From Oligoflexales bacterium (GTDB taxonomy: Bacteria; Bdellovibrionota_B; Oligoflexia; Oligoflexales; Bog-1112), in NCBI GenBank assembly GCA_045105515.1, contig JBGCDR010000040.1:32001-96000 (forward strand): a DNA stretch of 64,000 nt. Direction: 5' to 3'. The notes under the pieces are model-generated. The model was not told the origin of the DNA. It made no database searches and saw only the letters and a list, made by a program, of their open reading frames with translations. The stretch's first letter is position 1. The number at the start of each line of letters is the position of its first letter. Shown one piece after another: positions 50,524 through 59,511 of this stretch. A program made the position numbers and the translations under genes.

Positions 50524-51331
50524 AATCTTGATACCCCTTAGCTTCATTGGGTTTAGTGGATGCAAGTCCAACGACAATGATCCGAGTGTGGAACAGATGT
50601 TGCACGGCACCATTTCTTATCCTTTTATCCGTTCCAATCCTCTTGGGCTCAATGGAAAGAAAGAAAAATTCGTAATTCGATCAATATCTGGCTCTACCGA
50701 ATATGTAATCGAGATTCCAGACGCGGGAGAAGACTATGATATTGAAATCCCACTTGCCGCGATAGGCTCAGGAGACAGCCACAAACCCAAAGGGATATCC
50801 TCTCCAGCTGCAACAGACCGAGAAATCACGGCATCTTTACCGGATCTAGCAAGGGAGGCTCCAGCAAAATCTGCATTTATGGACAAAGCTTTTGGGGTAG
50901 GATCCACAGGCGGTCCCAAGCAAGCACCTAGTTATACTTTAGGGATTGCAAAAATTACGAGACTCTACCAAAAAAGAAAATTTGAATATGCTTTAATTGA
51001 GGTAAACCATTTACTTTCATTTTTTCCTCAAAGTCCAAGACTTCATAAAATGAAAGGAACCATTTACGTTAAGTTACACAACTACCAGCTTGCTGAAAAG
51101 TCGTGGCTTAGAGCGTTAGAATTCACACCTAATGATCAAATCTTACGAAAAGGTATAGCTAGATTACAACAGAAAATTAAGAGAACTTATAGCCCTATAT
51201 CGGCTTCGAGTGAGCCTAAAGCAGTACGCACAGTTCCGCAAGCTATCAGTAAAAACTATCTAAAAAATGAAGAAGACTCCGAACTGGAACAAGCTGAAAT
51301 TGAGGTCAACAATGCTTCACCCGACCAGTAA
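50495..51331 (+). CDS. TPR lipoprotein
   Basis: Lipobox FSGC; TPR-like HKMKGTIYVKLHNYQLAEKSWLRALEFTPND. Confidence 0.75.
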   Translation: MKVSFPSIFRILIPLSFIGFSGCKSNDNDPSVEQMLHGTISYPFIRSNPLGLNGKKEKFVIRSISGSTEYVIEIPDAGEDYDIEIPLAAIGSGDSHKPKGISSPAATDREITASLPDLAREAPAKSAFMDKAFGVGSTGGPKQAPSYTLGIAKITRLYQKRKFEYALIEVNHLLSFFPQSPRLHKMKGTIYVKLHNYQLAEKSWLRALEFTPNDQILRKGIARLQQKIKRTYSPISASSEPKAVRTVPQAISKNYLKNEEDSELEQAEIEVNNASPDQ

Positions 51332-51339
51332 TAACTCAA

Positions 51340-51858
51340 CTATTCCTTTTCCCCTTCAAGGTGGCGTTTTAAATATCTAATATTACCTCTTAAACGATGA
51401 TCCTCAACCATACAGGTCAAAAGACTTGCTTTCGCAGCAGACAACATATGACCTTCCGTATGCTTAAGTTTTGAAGCAATCGCCTTTCTTCTTCCTGGTT
51501 CAGCGTTTGCTAACGCAACTTCTAACTTAAGATATTCGCCAATAATTTCGCTCTCCTTTTCAGCACACAAAAGGCAAATCTCAGCTTTTTGATCATCATC
51601 CAACGCAAGGTCCAAATAATGCTGTCGCTGCTCAAAAGAAGCCTCATCTTCGGGCGGTAAATCAATGAGTTCATCCACAATTTTAACTAGCTGTGCTTCT
51701 GTAAGCTTCAATTCTTTATCCCATCCTCTACCGAACACATTGAAGGGCTCTTGTTTCCTATTAAAACAGTACTCTGATACTAAAAATGTCATATCTATGA
51801 AAGAGTAAATAGGGATCATGGGGACAAAATTCGGCATTTTGTTTATCCTAGAACACAT
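51340..51858 (-). CDS. Hypothetical helical protein
   Basis: 172 aa ORF; start uncertain (possibly 51792). Confidence 0.65.
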   Translation of the reverse strand: MCSRINKMPNFVPMIPIYSFIDMTFLVSEYCFNRKQEPFNVFGRGWDKELKLTEAQLVKIVDELIDLPPEDEASFEQRQHYLDLALDDDQKAEICLLCAEKESEIIGEYLKLEVALANAEPGRRKAIASKLKHTEGHMLSAAKASLLTCMVEDHRLRGNIRYLKRHLEGEKE

Positions 51859-51972
51859 TTTTTTGTCTCTGTGCTGGTATACTAATTAACATAAGAAAAA
51901 AGACCTAGCCCACATTCTCAATTTCAGTGCTATTTTAGGGCATATCTATTTACGCTATTTGGAAATACGAAA

Positions 51973-52596
51973 ATGAAAACAAAAAAGGGGTTAATTTATA
52001 AGGCTGCACTGATTTTAGTTTCATGCATAAATGTCTTCAATCCACTCCATGCTTCGCAATTCAGACAGAATGAATATGAATCTAGAGAAAAGCTTCCTGC
52101 TTCTTGTACGATTATATTGCTGCATATGAGTTTTATATTAGAGCATGATCTGATAAAAACTCAGCAAATTGCAGATGTCACAGCACAAAGGAATCAAGCT
52201 CAGATACGAGCATGGATTTCAGAGCAGTTTTTTAGGCGAAAAAAAATATTTCTTAAGTACCTTAAAAGTCGACAAAGAATATCCCAAAAAGTGACTAAAA
52301 CGAGGATAAGCTCAAAGCTCCATGAAACCTTTAATAGTAATAAGCATCAAAGAATGTGGAAAGACCTTAAACTTCAAGCCGAGAAATCAATGAGCACCTG
52401 CCACATTAAAAAGGAAAGACTTGTTTCTAAAGTGACTCAAGCATTGTTCCATAAAAATTATAAACTCGCTCTAAAATCACTTTTTCCTCACACTCATCTC
52501 ATGCCTAGCACCCAACTATTATATGAATGGATCCAAAGGCTTTACGCTCGTTCGCAACGAAGCCCAGGAAAAGTCACCTTGGATCACCTCAAATAA
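51973..52596 (+). CDS. Hypothetical basic exported protein
   Basis: 207 aa; signal peptide ending LHA. Confidence 0.65.
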   Translation: MKTKKGLIYKAALILVSCINVFNPLHASQFRQNEYESREKLPASCTIILLHMSFILEHDLIKTQQIADVTAQRNQAQIRAWISEQFFRRKKIFLKYLKSRQRISQKVTKTRISSKLHETFNSNKHQRMWKDLKLQAEKSMSTCHIKKERLVSKVTQALFHKNYKLALKSLFPHTHLMPSTQLLYEWIQRLYARSQRSPGKVTLDHLK

Positions 52597-52692
52597 ACCA
52601 ATTAGCTAAATTTAGTTCAAAACAAAGTAAGCATCTGCTAGGATACGTAAATATTAGGAAGCTTACTCTACTGGCAGAATCGAGGTCGTGGC

Positions 52693-52812
52693 ATGAAATT
52701 TTTAAGAAACCTTTTGACTAAAATTATGTTTTGGAAAAAACGAAGAACTGATAGAAATGGAATTCAAATGTCTTTATGGGGGAATATTTTGAACCCACCT
52801 CGCAGGCTATAA
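52693..52812 (+). CDS. Small cationic protein (39 aa)
   Basis: GAGG RBS; MKFLRNLLTKIMFWKKRRTDRNGIQMSLWGNILNPPRRL; fills the gap before the rpsU stop. Confidence 0.5.
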   Translation: MKFLRNLLTKIMFWKKRRTDRNGIQMSLWGNILNPPRRL

Positions 52813-52819
52813 AAATAGT

Positions 52820-53023
52820 CTAAACTAACTCACCTGTTTTTCTTAATTGCTTTAGCCTTCTTTTCTGGGAAGCAATAGATTTTTTCTTTAATCTGATGGA
52901 AGGCTTCTCGTAATGAGCCTTCTTCTTAAGATCTCCAATGATGCCAGATTTTTCCACTTGCTTCTTAAAAATCCGCAGTACTTTATCTAAGGGTTCGCCT
53001 GGTTTAAAAAAAATCCCTGACAT
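52820..53023 (-). CDS. rpsU: 30S ribosomal protein S21
   Basis: GEPLDKVLRIFKKQVEKSG, HYEKPS. Confidence 0.92.
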   Translation of the reverse strand: MSGIFFKPGEPLDKVLRIFKKQVEKSGIIGDLKKKAHYEKPSIRLKKKSIASQKRRLKQLRKTGELV

Positions 53024-53183
53024 AGCTAAGTCGCTCCTCTCAAAGCAAAAGATATTAACGCTAGTTTTTCCAAAGCATTAGCTCAAAAATCCCCTTGGTC
53101 GCAAGGAAGACGCGAGAGTATATAACTAAATGCAAAGAAAATAAATGGAATCTTGAGTCTAAGAATAAAATATTTACTATAGC

Positions 53184-55538
53184 TCAAGAGGGCGGTGGAA
53201 CTGATATACGCCTACGTTTTGCATATTCCTCAAACTCTTTTTTGTCGATTGCTTTGGCCCAGGCGTCCCAATAGCGAACTTTGTCATCGGCAACAAGTCG
53301 AGTCAAAGAATCTGCCATCAGGCAATTTCCATCCGCCTGCTGAGTTTGGATATGGTTGCCTATCATATGATTCTTGCTCTCTCTTATCATGGAGCCTACA
53401 GCATCATTGGGAATTAAAATCTCGTAAGCTGCACAACGTCCACCTCCTTTCTTCTTGCACAAAGACTGAGCAATGACCCCTTTCATCGAAGTAGCCAACA
53501 TATTGCGAATTATGCGCTGTTGATCTGCTGGAAATTGGTCAATGATTCTGTCAACCGTCGAAATTGCAGTATTTGTATGTAAGGTTGCAAACACTAGGTG
53601 ACCTGTTTCCGCAGTTTCTAAAGCTATCGCTGTTGTTTCCAAGTCCCTAAGCTCACCGACGAGGACAATATCAGGGTCTTCACGTAAGGCGGCCTTAAGT
53701 GCCGCTGAAAAGCTATCTGTGTGCTTTCCAACTTCCCTTTGATTTACAAGACACTTCTTTTGGGAATGCACAAACTCAATCGGATCTTCAATAGTGAGAA
53801 TATGTTCTGACCTATTGGAGTTTATCAGGTCAATCATAGCTGCAAGTGTCGTTGATTTTCCACTTCCTGTCGGGCCAGTAACCAATACTAGTCCTTTAGA
53901 AAGAGTACACAACCTTCTTATCGAATCAGGTAGTTTCAATTGATCAGCACTTAATACCTGGTCAGGAATATGCCTCATAACTGAACCAATTCCATGATAA
54001 TCTCTAAACACATTAACCCTAAACCTTCCCAATTCACCTACTTCATATGCAAAGTCTACATCCCAAGTTTTGGCGAATTGACTCTGTTTAACCTTCGGCA
54101 TGATAGGTAAAATATAAGACTTCATGGTGTCCGAATCTAGGTTCGGAGTCTTAGCTCTACAAATATCACCATCGATTCTGAAAATAACCGGTTGTCCAAT
54201 AGTAAGATGCAGGTCACTTGCTCTATTATCGATCATACCTCTTAAAATTTGATCAATGGGATTGCTACCATCTCCTTTAGAAATCGTACCAGGGACCTCA
54301 TTAGAAAAATCAACTTCTATCGGCTTTTCAAACTCTGGCCTAGGAGCCATGACTGCCACAGGCTGGTGACTTACTTGGTAATTCGCTGGCGCTTGTTCGA
54401 GGGGTGCTGCTTGATTTGGAAGAGGCTGAGTGTTTACAGATTGCTTCATGTGTAGCAGATTAGCTTCACTCTCAAGCTGCTCTTCTTGAATTCCTGCACC
54501 CTGAGAACCATGCTCTTGACCTATTGCAAAACCCGAAGAGTTTTCCATTGCGGCACCATTAAACCCTCCTTGTTCAGAAGTTTCACTATCAGCCGCTGCA
54601 ACAGGGTGATTCATTTGATTTCCGCCAAATAGATCTTCTTGGGAATTAGCTGGATTTGCAATAGTCTGTGCTTCCTTTGATCCAAACATGTCAGCTCCAC
54701 CATAAGAAAATCCCGAATCTTCTGAACTTGGACTCATGGTAGTCGTCTCTTGCCCTGCTGGCTGGGACGAGGGAAAAGTTCCGGAACCCATGCTTGAATC
54801 ATGGGTACTCTGCAAGCTCGGTTCTCCTACATCTTGGCCCTGGTCGGGATTTTGAAATGGATCGAAGCCAGAACTACCACTTGGGACTGGCGGTTTGAGA
54901 TTTAACGCCTTCCCTTGCTCGCTCTGATTGTCTAAATACTCTGTTCCTTGTAATGAAAAGCCATCTGGACTTGGTGGAGGTTGTACAGCATTTTCATTGG
55001 CACCAGGGCGGTCTGGAGCACCAGCTGTAAATTGCATAGATGACCCTTGCCCACCTTCAGGTGAAGGCGGCACTTGTGGATTATTGCTTACTCCAAGCGA
55101 TCCTGGCTGAGGGATACCAATGGGTTCGGATTGTTTAGTGTTAGTCATTGGGGGTGGAGGTGGCGGAGAAGGGGCTTGAGGAGCAGAAGGCTGCTGATGT
55201 AATTTATCCCAAAAATCTTTGCACCTTGACTCACCATCTGGAGGCATAAATAACCATATCGAATTCTCAGGCTTAACCCTTGCTATCATTGCAACCTTGC
55301 CTATGCCTTGCAAGCTAAAGCCTCCAACACATGTTTCACCAGCTTCTATCTGTTGATAATTTTTTGGAAACAATGCCTTGAAGAGCCCTTTTACCCAATC
55401 GCCCTTTAGTGTCGCATATTTTTGTTGTTGGCTCTCACCTTGACTACTGATAAAGCAAACAAACTTACCTTCAACCAAGTTAACCATTTGGCACTTGGAC
55501 TGCAATGCTTCGCGCAAAATTGCTTTGAACATCTCCAT
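53184..55538 (-). CDS. pilT: Type IV pilus retraction ATPase PilT with ~425 aa N-terminal extension
   Basis: ASDLHL, GPTGSGKSTT, TIEDPIE, ALREDPD, GELRD, AETGHLVFATLHT. Confidence 0.92.
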   Translation of the reverse strand: MEMFKAILREALQSKCQMVNLVEGKFVCFISSQGESQQQKYATLKGDWVKGLFKALFPKNYQQIEAGETCVGGFSLQGIGKVAMIARVKPENSIWLFMPPDGESRCKDFWDKLHQQPSAPQAPSPPPPPPMTNTKQSEPIGIPQPGSLGVSNNPQVPPSPEGGQGSSMQFTAGAPDRPGANENAVQPPPSPDGFSLQGTEYLDNQSEQGKALNLKPPVPSGSSGFDPFQNPDQGQDVGEPSLQSTHDSSMGSGTFPSSQPAGQETTTMSPSSEDSGFSYGGADMFGSKEAQTIANPANSQEDLFGGNQMNHPVAAADSETSEQGGFNGAAMENSSGFAIGQEHGSQGAGIQEEQLESEANLLHMKQSVNTQPLPNQAAPLEQAPANYQVSHQPVAVMAPRPEFEKPIEVDFSNEVPGTISKGDGSNPIDQILRGMIDNRASDLHLTIGQPVIFRIDGDICRAKTPNLDSDTMKSYILPIMPKVKQSQFAKTWDVDFAYEVGELGRFRVNVFRDYHGIGSVMRHIPDQVLSADQLKLPDSIRRLCTLSKGLVLVTGPTGSGKSTTLAAMIDLINSNRSEHILTIEDPIEFVHSQKKCLVNQREVGKHTDSFSAALKAALREDPDIVLVGELRDLETTAIALETAETGHLVFATLHTNTAISTVDRIIDQFPADQQRIIRNMLATSMKGVIAQSLCKKKGGGRCAAYEILIPNDAVGSMIRESKNHMIGNHIQTQQADGNCLMADSLTRLVADDKVRYWDAWAKAIDKKEFEEYAKRRRISVPPPS

Positions 55539-55578
55539 GATTTACATAATCCCAGACATTTCTGTTTAGTTGATTGTG

Positions 55579-55605
55579 GTATCGGATGATTGCTCATTTT
55601 TTTTA
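55579..55605 (-). promoter_or_regulatory. Sigma28-like promoter upstream of pilT
   Basis: Minus strand TAAA-N15-TCCGATAC. Confidence 0.65.
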
Positions 55606-56153
55606 AAGTAGAGTCTTTTTATAGATGATATGGTCTAATGCTACAGTTAAAAATTATGGGATTAAAAGTAAATATAATCATATATTGGGAGTCACAGAGA
55701 GTCTCATGGAAGATATCGAAGGGGTGTTCGAAAAGTTCATGAAAAAGTAAGTATTATTCTCTTCATACCATTGCTCTAAAACCCGGCATTGACCATACAT
55801 CAACAAACATCTTGCTGTTCAAGGAACGACTGTTGAGACCATTAAAAGAACAAAAAGGGAACACGGCCTAGCTGCTGTAGTAAAAATGCTAAAACATAAG
55901 GTTTACATAGGAAACGATACAATAAAGTAAGATATAGTACATATGGTTGGAATCCAGCAAATACTGATCTCATCTTGAATCGAATTAAATTCGCGACTGA
56001 TTAAAATGCAATTTAACAGGTTAAAATTAACAATAGATCATCTTCTTGACTATGACTAAGCTAAAACTTTATTAGAAATCTTTTCTTAATATAAGTAGAA
56101 CAGTTTTCCTGTGTAAAACTAGCTTCACTCCATCCAAGAGGTGGTATCAGAAA

Positions 56154-56180
56154 TAAAAATGCCCTATTACTTTCCGAAAT
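56154..56180 (+). promoter_or_regulatory. Sigma28-like promoter
   Basis: TAAA-N15-TCCGAAAT. Confidence 0.45.
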
Positions 56181-56248
56181 TAAATCAAGCATGGCATAAG
56201 ACTTGCATATTTTCGGAAACTTAATGACCAGGGCTTTATGAGGTTCGT

Positions 56249-56599
56249 ATGCGTTCAAAGAAGATAATTTTGACTAAGACTAATCCCATGGATGAGGGTA
56301 TTAAGCGTGAACAACAACACGGCAGCATTGGTGGTTTTTTACAAAATATGCTTTCACCGTACCAAAAATACATATTGAGCCCTCTCATGAAGGATTTTGT
56401 TGCCTCGAGAATTAGACAGTTAGAATCTAAAATTATGATTCAACAATCTATATTAGATGGCTTAGATTTTGATCAAGAAGATGCAGTAGACTTATACATT
56501 TACAGAAAGATTTCTGAAACTGAAGCTCGCATTAAACAACTTTCGCTATTAAAACAGCAAGCCGAATCCGATCTACGCAATTTTAATATTTTTTCGTAG
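56249..56599 (+). CDS. Hypothetical coiled-coil protein
   Basis: 116 aa ORF with heptad-like C-terminal half. Confidence 0.6.
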   Translation: MRSKKIILTKTNPMDEGIKREQQHGSIGGFLQNMLSPYQKYILSPLMKDFVASRIRQLESKIMIQQSILDGLDFDQEDAVDLYIYRKISETEARIKQLSLLKQQAESDLRNFNIFS

Positions 56600-56634
56600 A
56601 AATTTGCATTTCATTTTTTCGATAAAAATGCATT

Positions 56635-57879
56635 CTAGAGAGACAATTCCTGAATAGTTTGAAAGAACTGACTTGCTAGAGCTTTGTCAGAATACTTTTC
56701 AAAGTTCTTTTGAATCATTCTTTTTTTATGTTCATGCAAGCCAAGACCTGCATGGGCATGTTCTACGGCAATACCAAGCTCAGCTAAGTTACCCTCTGAA
56801 AAAATATAGTCTGGATGATCTACAACTACTGGAATTTCACCAGAATCTGAGCCAACAACACTGCATCCGCAGGCTTTTGCTTCGACAATAATCCGTCCAA
56901 ATTGTTCTTTCCAATGTTTTTTTGTTTTACTAGGCACTACCAAAATATCACATAAACTAAAAAAATTTGGCATTTTATCCGCTGGCAAAGGTCCAAAAAA
57001 ATAAGTGAGCAATCCTAAGTCCATGAGCTCTTCCAAAGATTTTTTAAGTTCCGACTCTAGTGGCCCATAGCCGCAAACAACAAATGCGTACTGATCTTTA
57101 AGTTTCTCATGATTAATCTTTAAGAAATTAAGCAAATCTATTATGCCTTTTTCTTCTTTCAAAGCACCTGAAAATCCTAGCACTTTCCGACCTTTTAAAA
57201 TACTTAAATCTAGATCTGAAAATACCTTAACACATTCAGAGTATGGACGAGGCCTAAACAAGTCACTATTAAACCAAAGAGGAAAGGAAAAAAACGGGCC
57301 CTTATAGCCACTTCTACGAATAACACCTTCGTGCTCATCTCCTAATGCAAAAATTCCATCACAGCGTTTAAGTACAAAACCTTGAATAGCTTTTATCGGC
57401 CATGCAAAGTCCTTATAAATATTTTGAGTCGCAATACAAAAAAACTTAAACTGATTTCTTTTTACGAAAAATGCAGTTAACCAAACCAATAAGCTCGTTA
57501 CAGAATAGGGTTCAGCCATACAGAAAATTATGTTCTCTCCTTTTTTATTTGATCTTAGAAACTGCTTTATAGTTTTCCCCAAACCCCGAAAAAGCACCGT
57601 TTGAACATGAAACCTTTTCGCTTTGAGCACTTTTCCCATTCTATTTAGGCCATGGTTTGTATAGGGGTACTGAAACTTCTCACACGATTTTAATTGACCA
57701 CCCAGTTCAATAAACTGATGGGGTGCAACAATGCCAAGCGCTACGTCAGTACTACGTTCTGACCTAGAAACCACGTGTGCAAGTTGATAGAAAAAACTTC
57801 TATAGGCTGCCACCACCATTGCTTGTGAAATACTAAGCAGGTGAATTTTCTTATCTTTTTTATAATTACCGATTTCCAT
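56635..57879 (-). CDS. Glycosyltransferase family 4
   Basis: GFSGALKEEKG, DILVVPS, WKEQFGRIIVEAKACG, GSDSGEIP. Confidence 0.9.
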   Translation of the reverse strand: MEIGNYKKDKKIHLLSISQAMVVAAYRSFFYQLAHVVSRSERSTDVALGIVAPHQFIELGGQLKSCEKFQYPYTNHGLNRMGKVLKAKRFHVQTVLFRGLGKTIKQFLRSNKKGENIIFCMAEPYSVTSLLVWLTAFFVKRNQFKFFCIATQNIYKDFAWPIKAIQGFVLKRCDGIFALGDEHEGVIRRSGYKGPFFSFPLWFNSDLFRPRPYSECVKVFSDLDLSILKGRKVLGFSGALKEEKGIIDLLNFLKINHEKLKDQYAFVVCGYGPLESELKKSLEELMDLGLLTYFFGPLPADKMPNFFSLCDILVVPSKTKKHWKEQFGRIIVEAKACGCSVVGSDSGEIPVVVDHPDYIFSEGNLAELGIAVEHAHAGLGLHEHKKRMIQKNFEKYSDKALASQFFQTIQELSL

Positions 57880-58066
57880 AAAATCCTTTAAGGGGCTTTT
57901 CTATTTGATTGGTTTTCCACATAGCATAATGAGATCGAAACCCATCAGACATATCATAATAAGGAGACACTTGACATTAAATTTGACATCGGTTACACAA
58001 TCGATCCAACCAAAGCTGTCATAGGGTGTAACTACTCAGTTTCTAGTTACTATTAGAGGGTTCTTC

Positions 58067-58411
58067 ATGAAGGTGTTTTTTTCGATGTGTATACTGTCCG
58101 TCGTAGTATGTACCTTAATACAGAGGGCTTATGCTGAAATGACCCACCAGTTCGCTAAGGAAAAAAATTGGCAAGAAGCTTTAGCCATGATAGCTGAGGG
58201 TCATGACCCAAACGAAATTTGCGAAGATGGTTCAACCCTCATCTCAATAGCCTGCGACCAAAAAAATTGGACTGCCTTGAAAACCCTGATAACCAATCCC
58301 GATACCAGACTTCCAAAAGGAATGGAAACAGTAGATGCTGTAAGAATGAATGATTCAAATCTCAAAAGTATCTGCGATGGGATTGGGCCAGTAGACAAAA
58401 TTTGCTTTTGA
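58067..58411 (+). CDS. Small exported ankyrin-repeat-like protein
   Basis: Signal peptide ending AYA; IAEGHDPNEICEDGSTLISIACDQKNWTALKTLI. Confidence 0.65.
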   Translation: MKVFFSMCILSVVVCTLIQRAYAEMTHQFAKEKNWQEALAMIAEGHDPNEICEDGSTLISIACDQKNWTALKTLITNPDTRLPKGMETVDAVRMNDSNLKSICDGIGPVDKICF

Positions 58412-58450
58412 GAATTAGTTAGAGAATTGTATTTGCCTGCAATTGGAAAC

Positions 58451-59506
58451 CTAGTCGTTAACATACCCGACACTAGTAAATACAAATCCAACATTTAACT
58501 CAGAAGCCCGATCAAAAGATAGAGGCTCTGAGGAACCGGAGCTAAATTCACCGCCTTGGATTCGATCACTCAGATCTTTAATATCACTATCTGATATTCC
58601 ACTAGTTTTAACATTTGCAAGCTGTATTTCATTGATGATTTCCATAGCTGCTTTTTTAGCAAGATATTTAGATGGAGCCTTATCAACATACTCACGCAAA
58701 TACTCTATGCTCTTTCGATAGTCTTTACGTCTATATTCCAACACTGCTCGATTAAAGTATAGGGTATGTTGGTCTGGATTTTTTTTGAGAACCAAATCAT
58801 AAAGATCTTCTGCCCTAGCATAATTTCCAATACCTGCGTAGCAGATCCCAAGATGTAACTGAGCAATGTCATTACCTGGAAGAAGTTTCAAAATAGCCTT
58901 AAAGTGAGTTATTGCTAATCGATATTCTTGGTGCTTCAAATAAATCAGTCCAAGGTTCATATGCGAAGAAGGATACCTACGATTAATCTTTAGCGATTGT
59001 TTAAGATAATCAATACTTTCTTGATCTTTCCCTTGTCTTAAAGCCACACCAGCAAGCAAGTTTAAAACTTCAGTTTTTGCACTAACAGACATTCTTTGAA
59101 GTTTTCCTAAGCTATTCAATATAAGCTTAGACTTTTCATTGAATCCTTTGATAAAGGCTACATTAGCTAAAATAATTTTAGCTTGTAAATTTCGATACTG
59201 ATACTTTTCTACCCGTTTTGCCTGAATTTCTGCTTGTCCAGTCTTACCCTGAATCAAATACAAACGCCCAAGCGTAAGCCTGAAACGTAATTCTTTTGGA
59301 TTTTTTCGAATCAAACCTTTTAACTTATCAATAGCATCTTCAACTGAACCTTGTTGCATAGCATACTTAAGTGCAATACGTGATTCGTCGCTAGCAAAAA
59401 CATCAAGTTTTTTACCTTCTGATGATTGAAACCATGATGTAGTCGAACAACTACTGAGAAGAAAAATTATCAATAATACAGGAAAGCTTAAAAGCTTGTT
59501 CATCAA
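58451..59506 (-). CDS. TPR lipoprotein (GltE/AglT-like by architecture)
   Basis: Lipobox LSSC; tandem TPRs. Confidence 0.75.
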   Translation of the reverse strand: MMNKLLSFPVLLIIFLLSSCSTTSWFQSSEGKKLDVFASDESRIALKYAMQQGSVEDAIDKLKGLIRKNPKELRFRLTLGRLYLIQGKTGQAEIQAKRVEKYQYRNLQAKIILANVAFIKGFNEKSKLILNSLGKLQRMSVSAKTEVLNLLAGVALRQGKDQESIDYLKQSLKINRRYPSSHMNLGLIYLKHQEYRLAITHFKAILKLLPGNDIAQLHLGICYAGIGNYARAEDLYDLVLKKNPDQHTLYFNRAVLEYRRKDYRKSIEYLREYVDKAPSKYLAKKAAMEIINEIQLANVKTSGISDSDIKDLSDRIQGGEFSSGSSEPLSFDRASELNVGFVFTSVGYVND

Positions 59507-59511
59507 TTTGC

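Noticed and set aside
54300..55200. Low-complexity region as a DNA tandem repeat
   Set aside because: Bias is at the amino-acid level within the PilT linker; no nucleotide repeat unit
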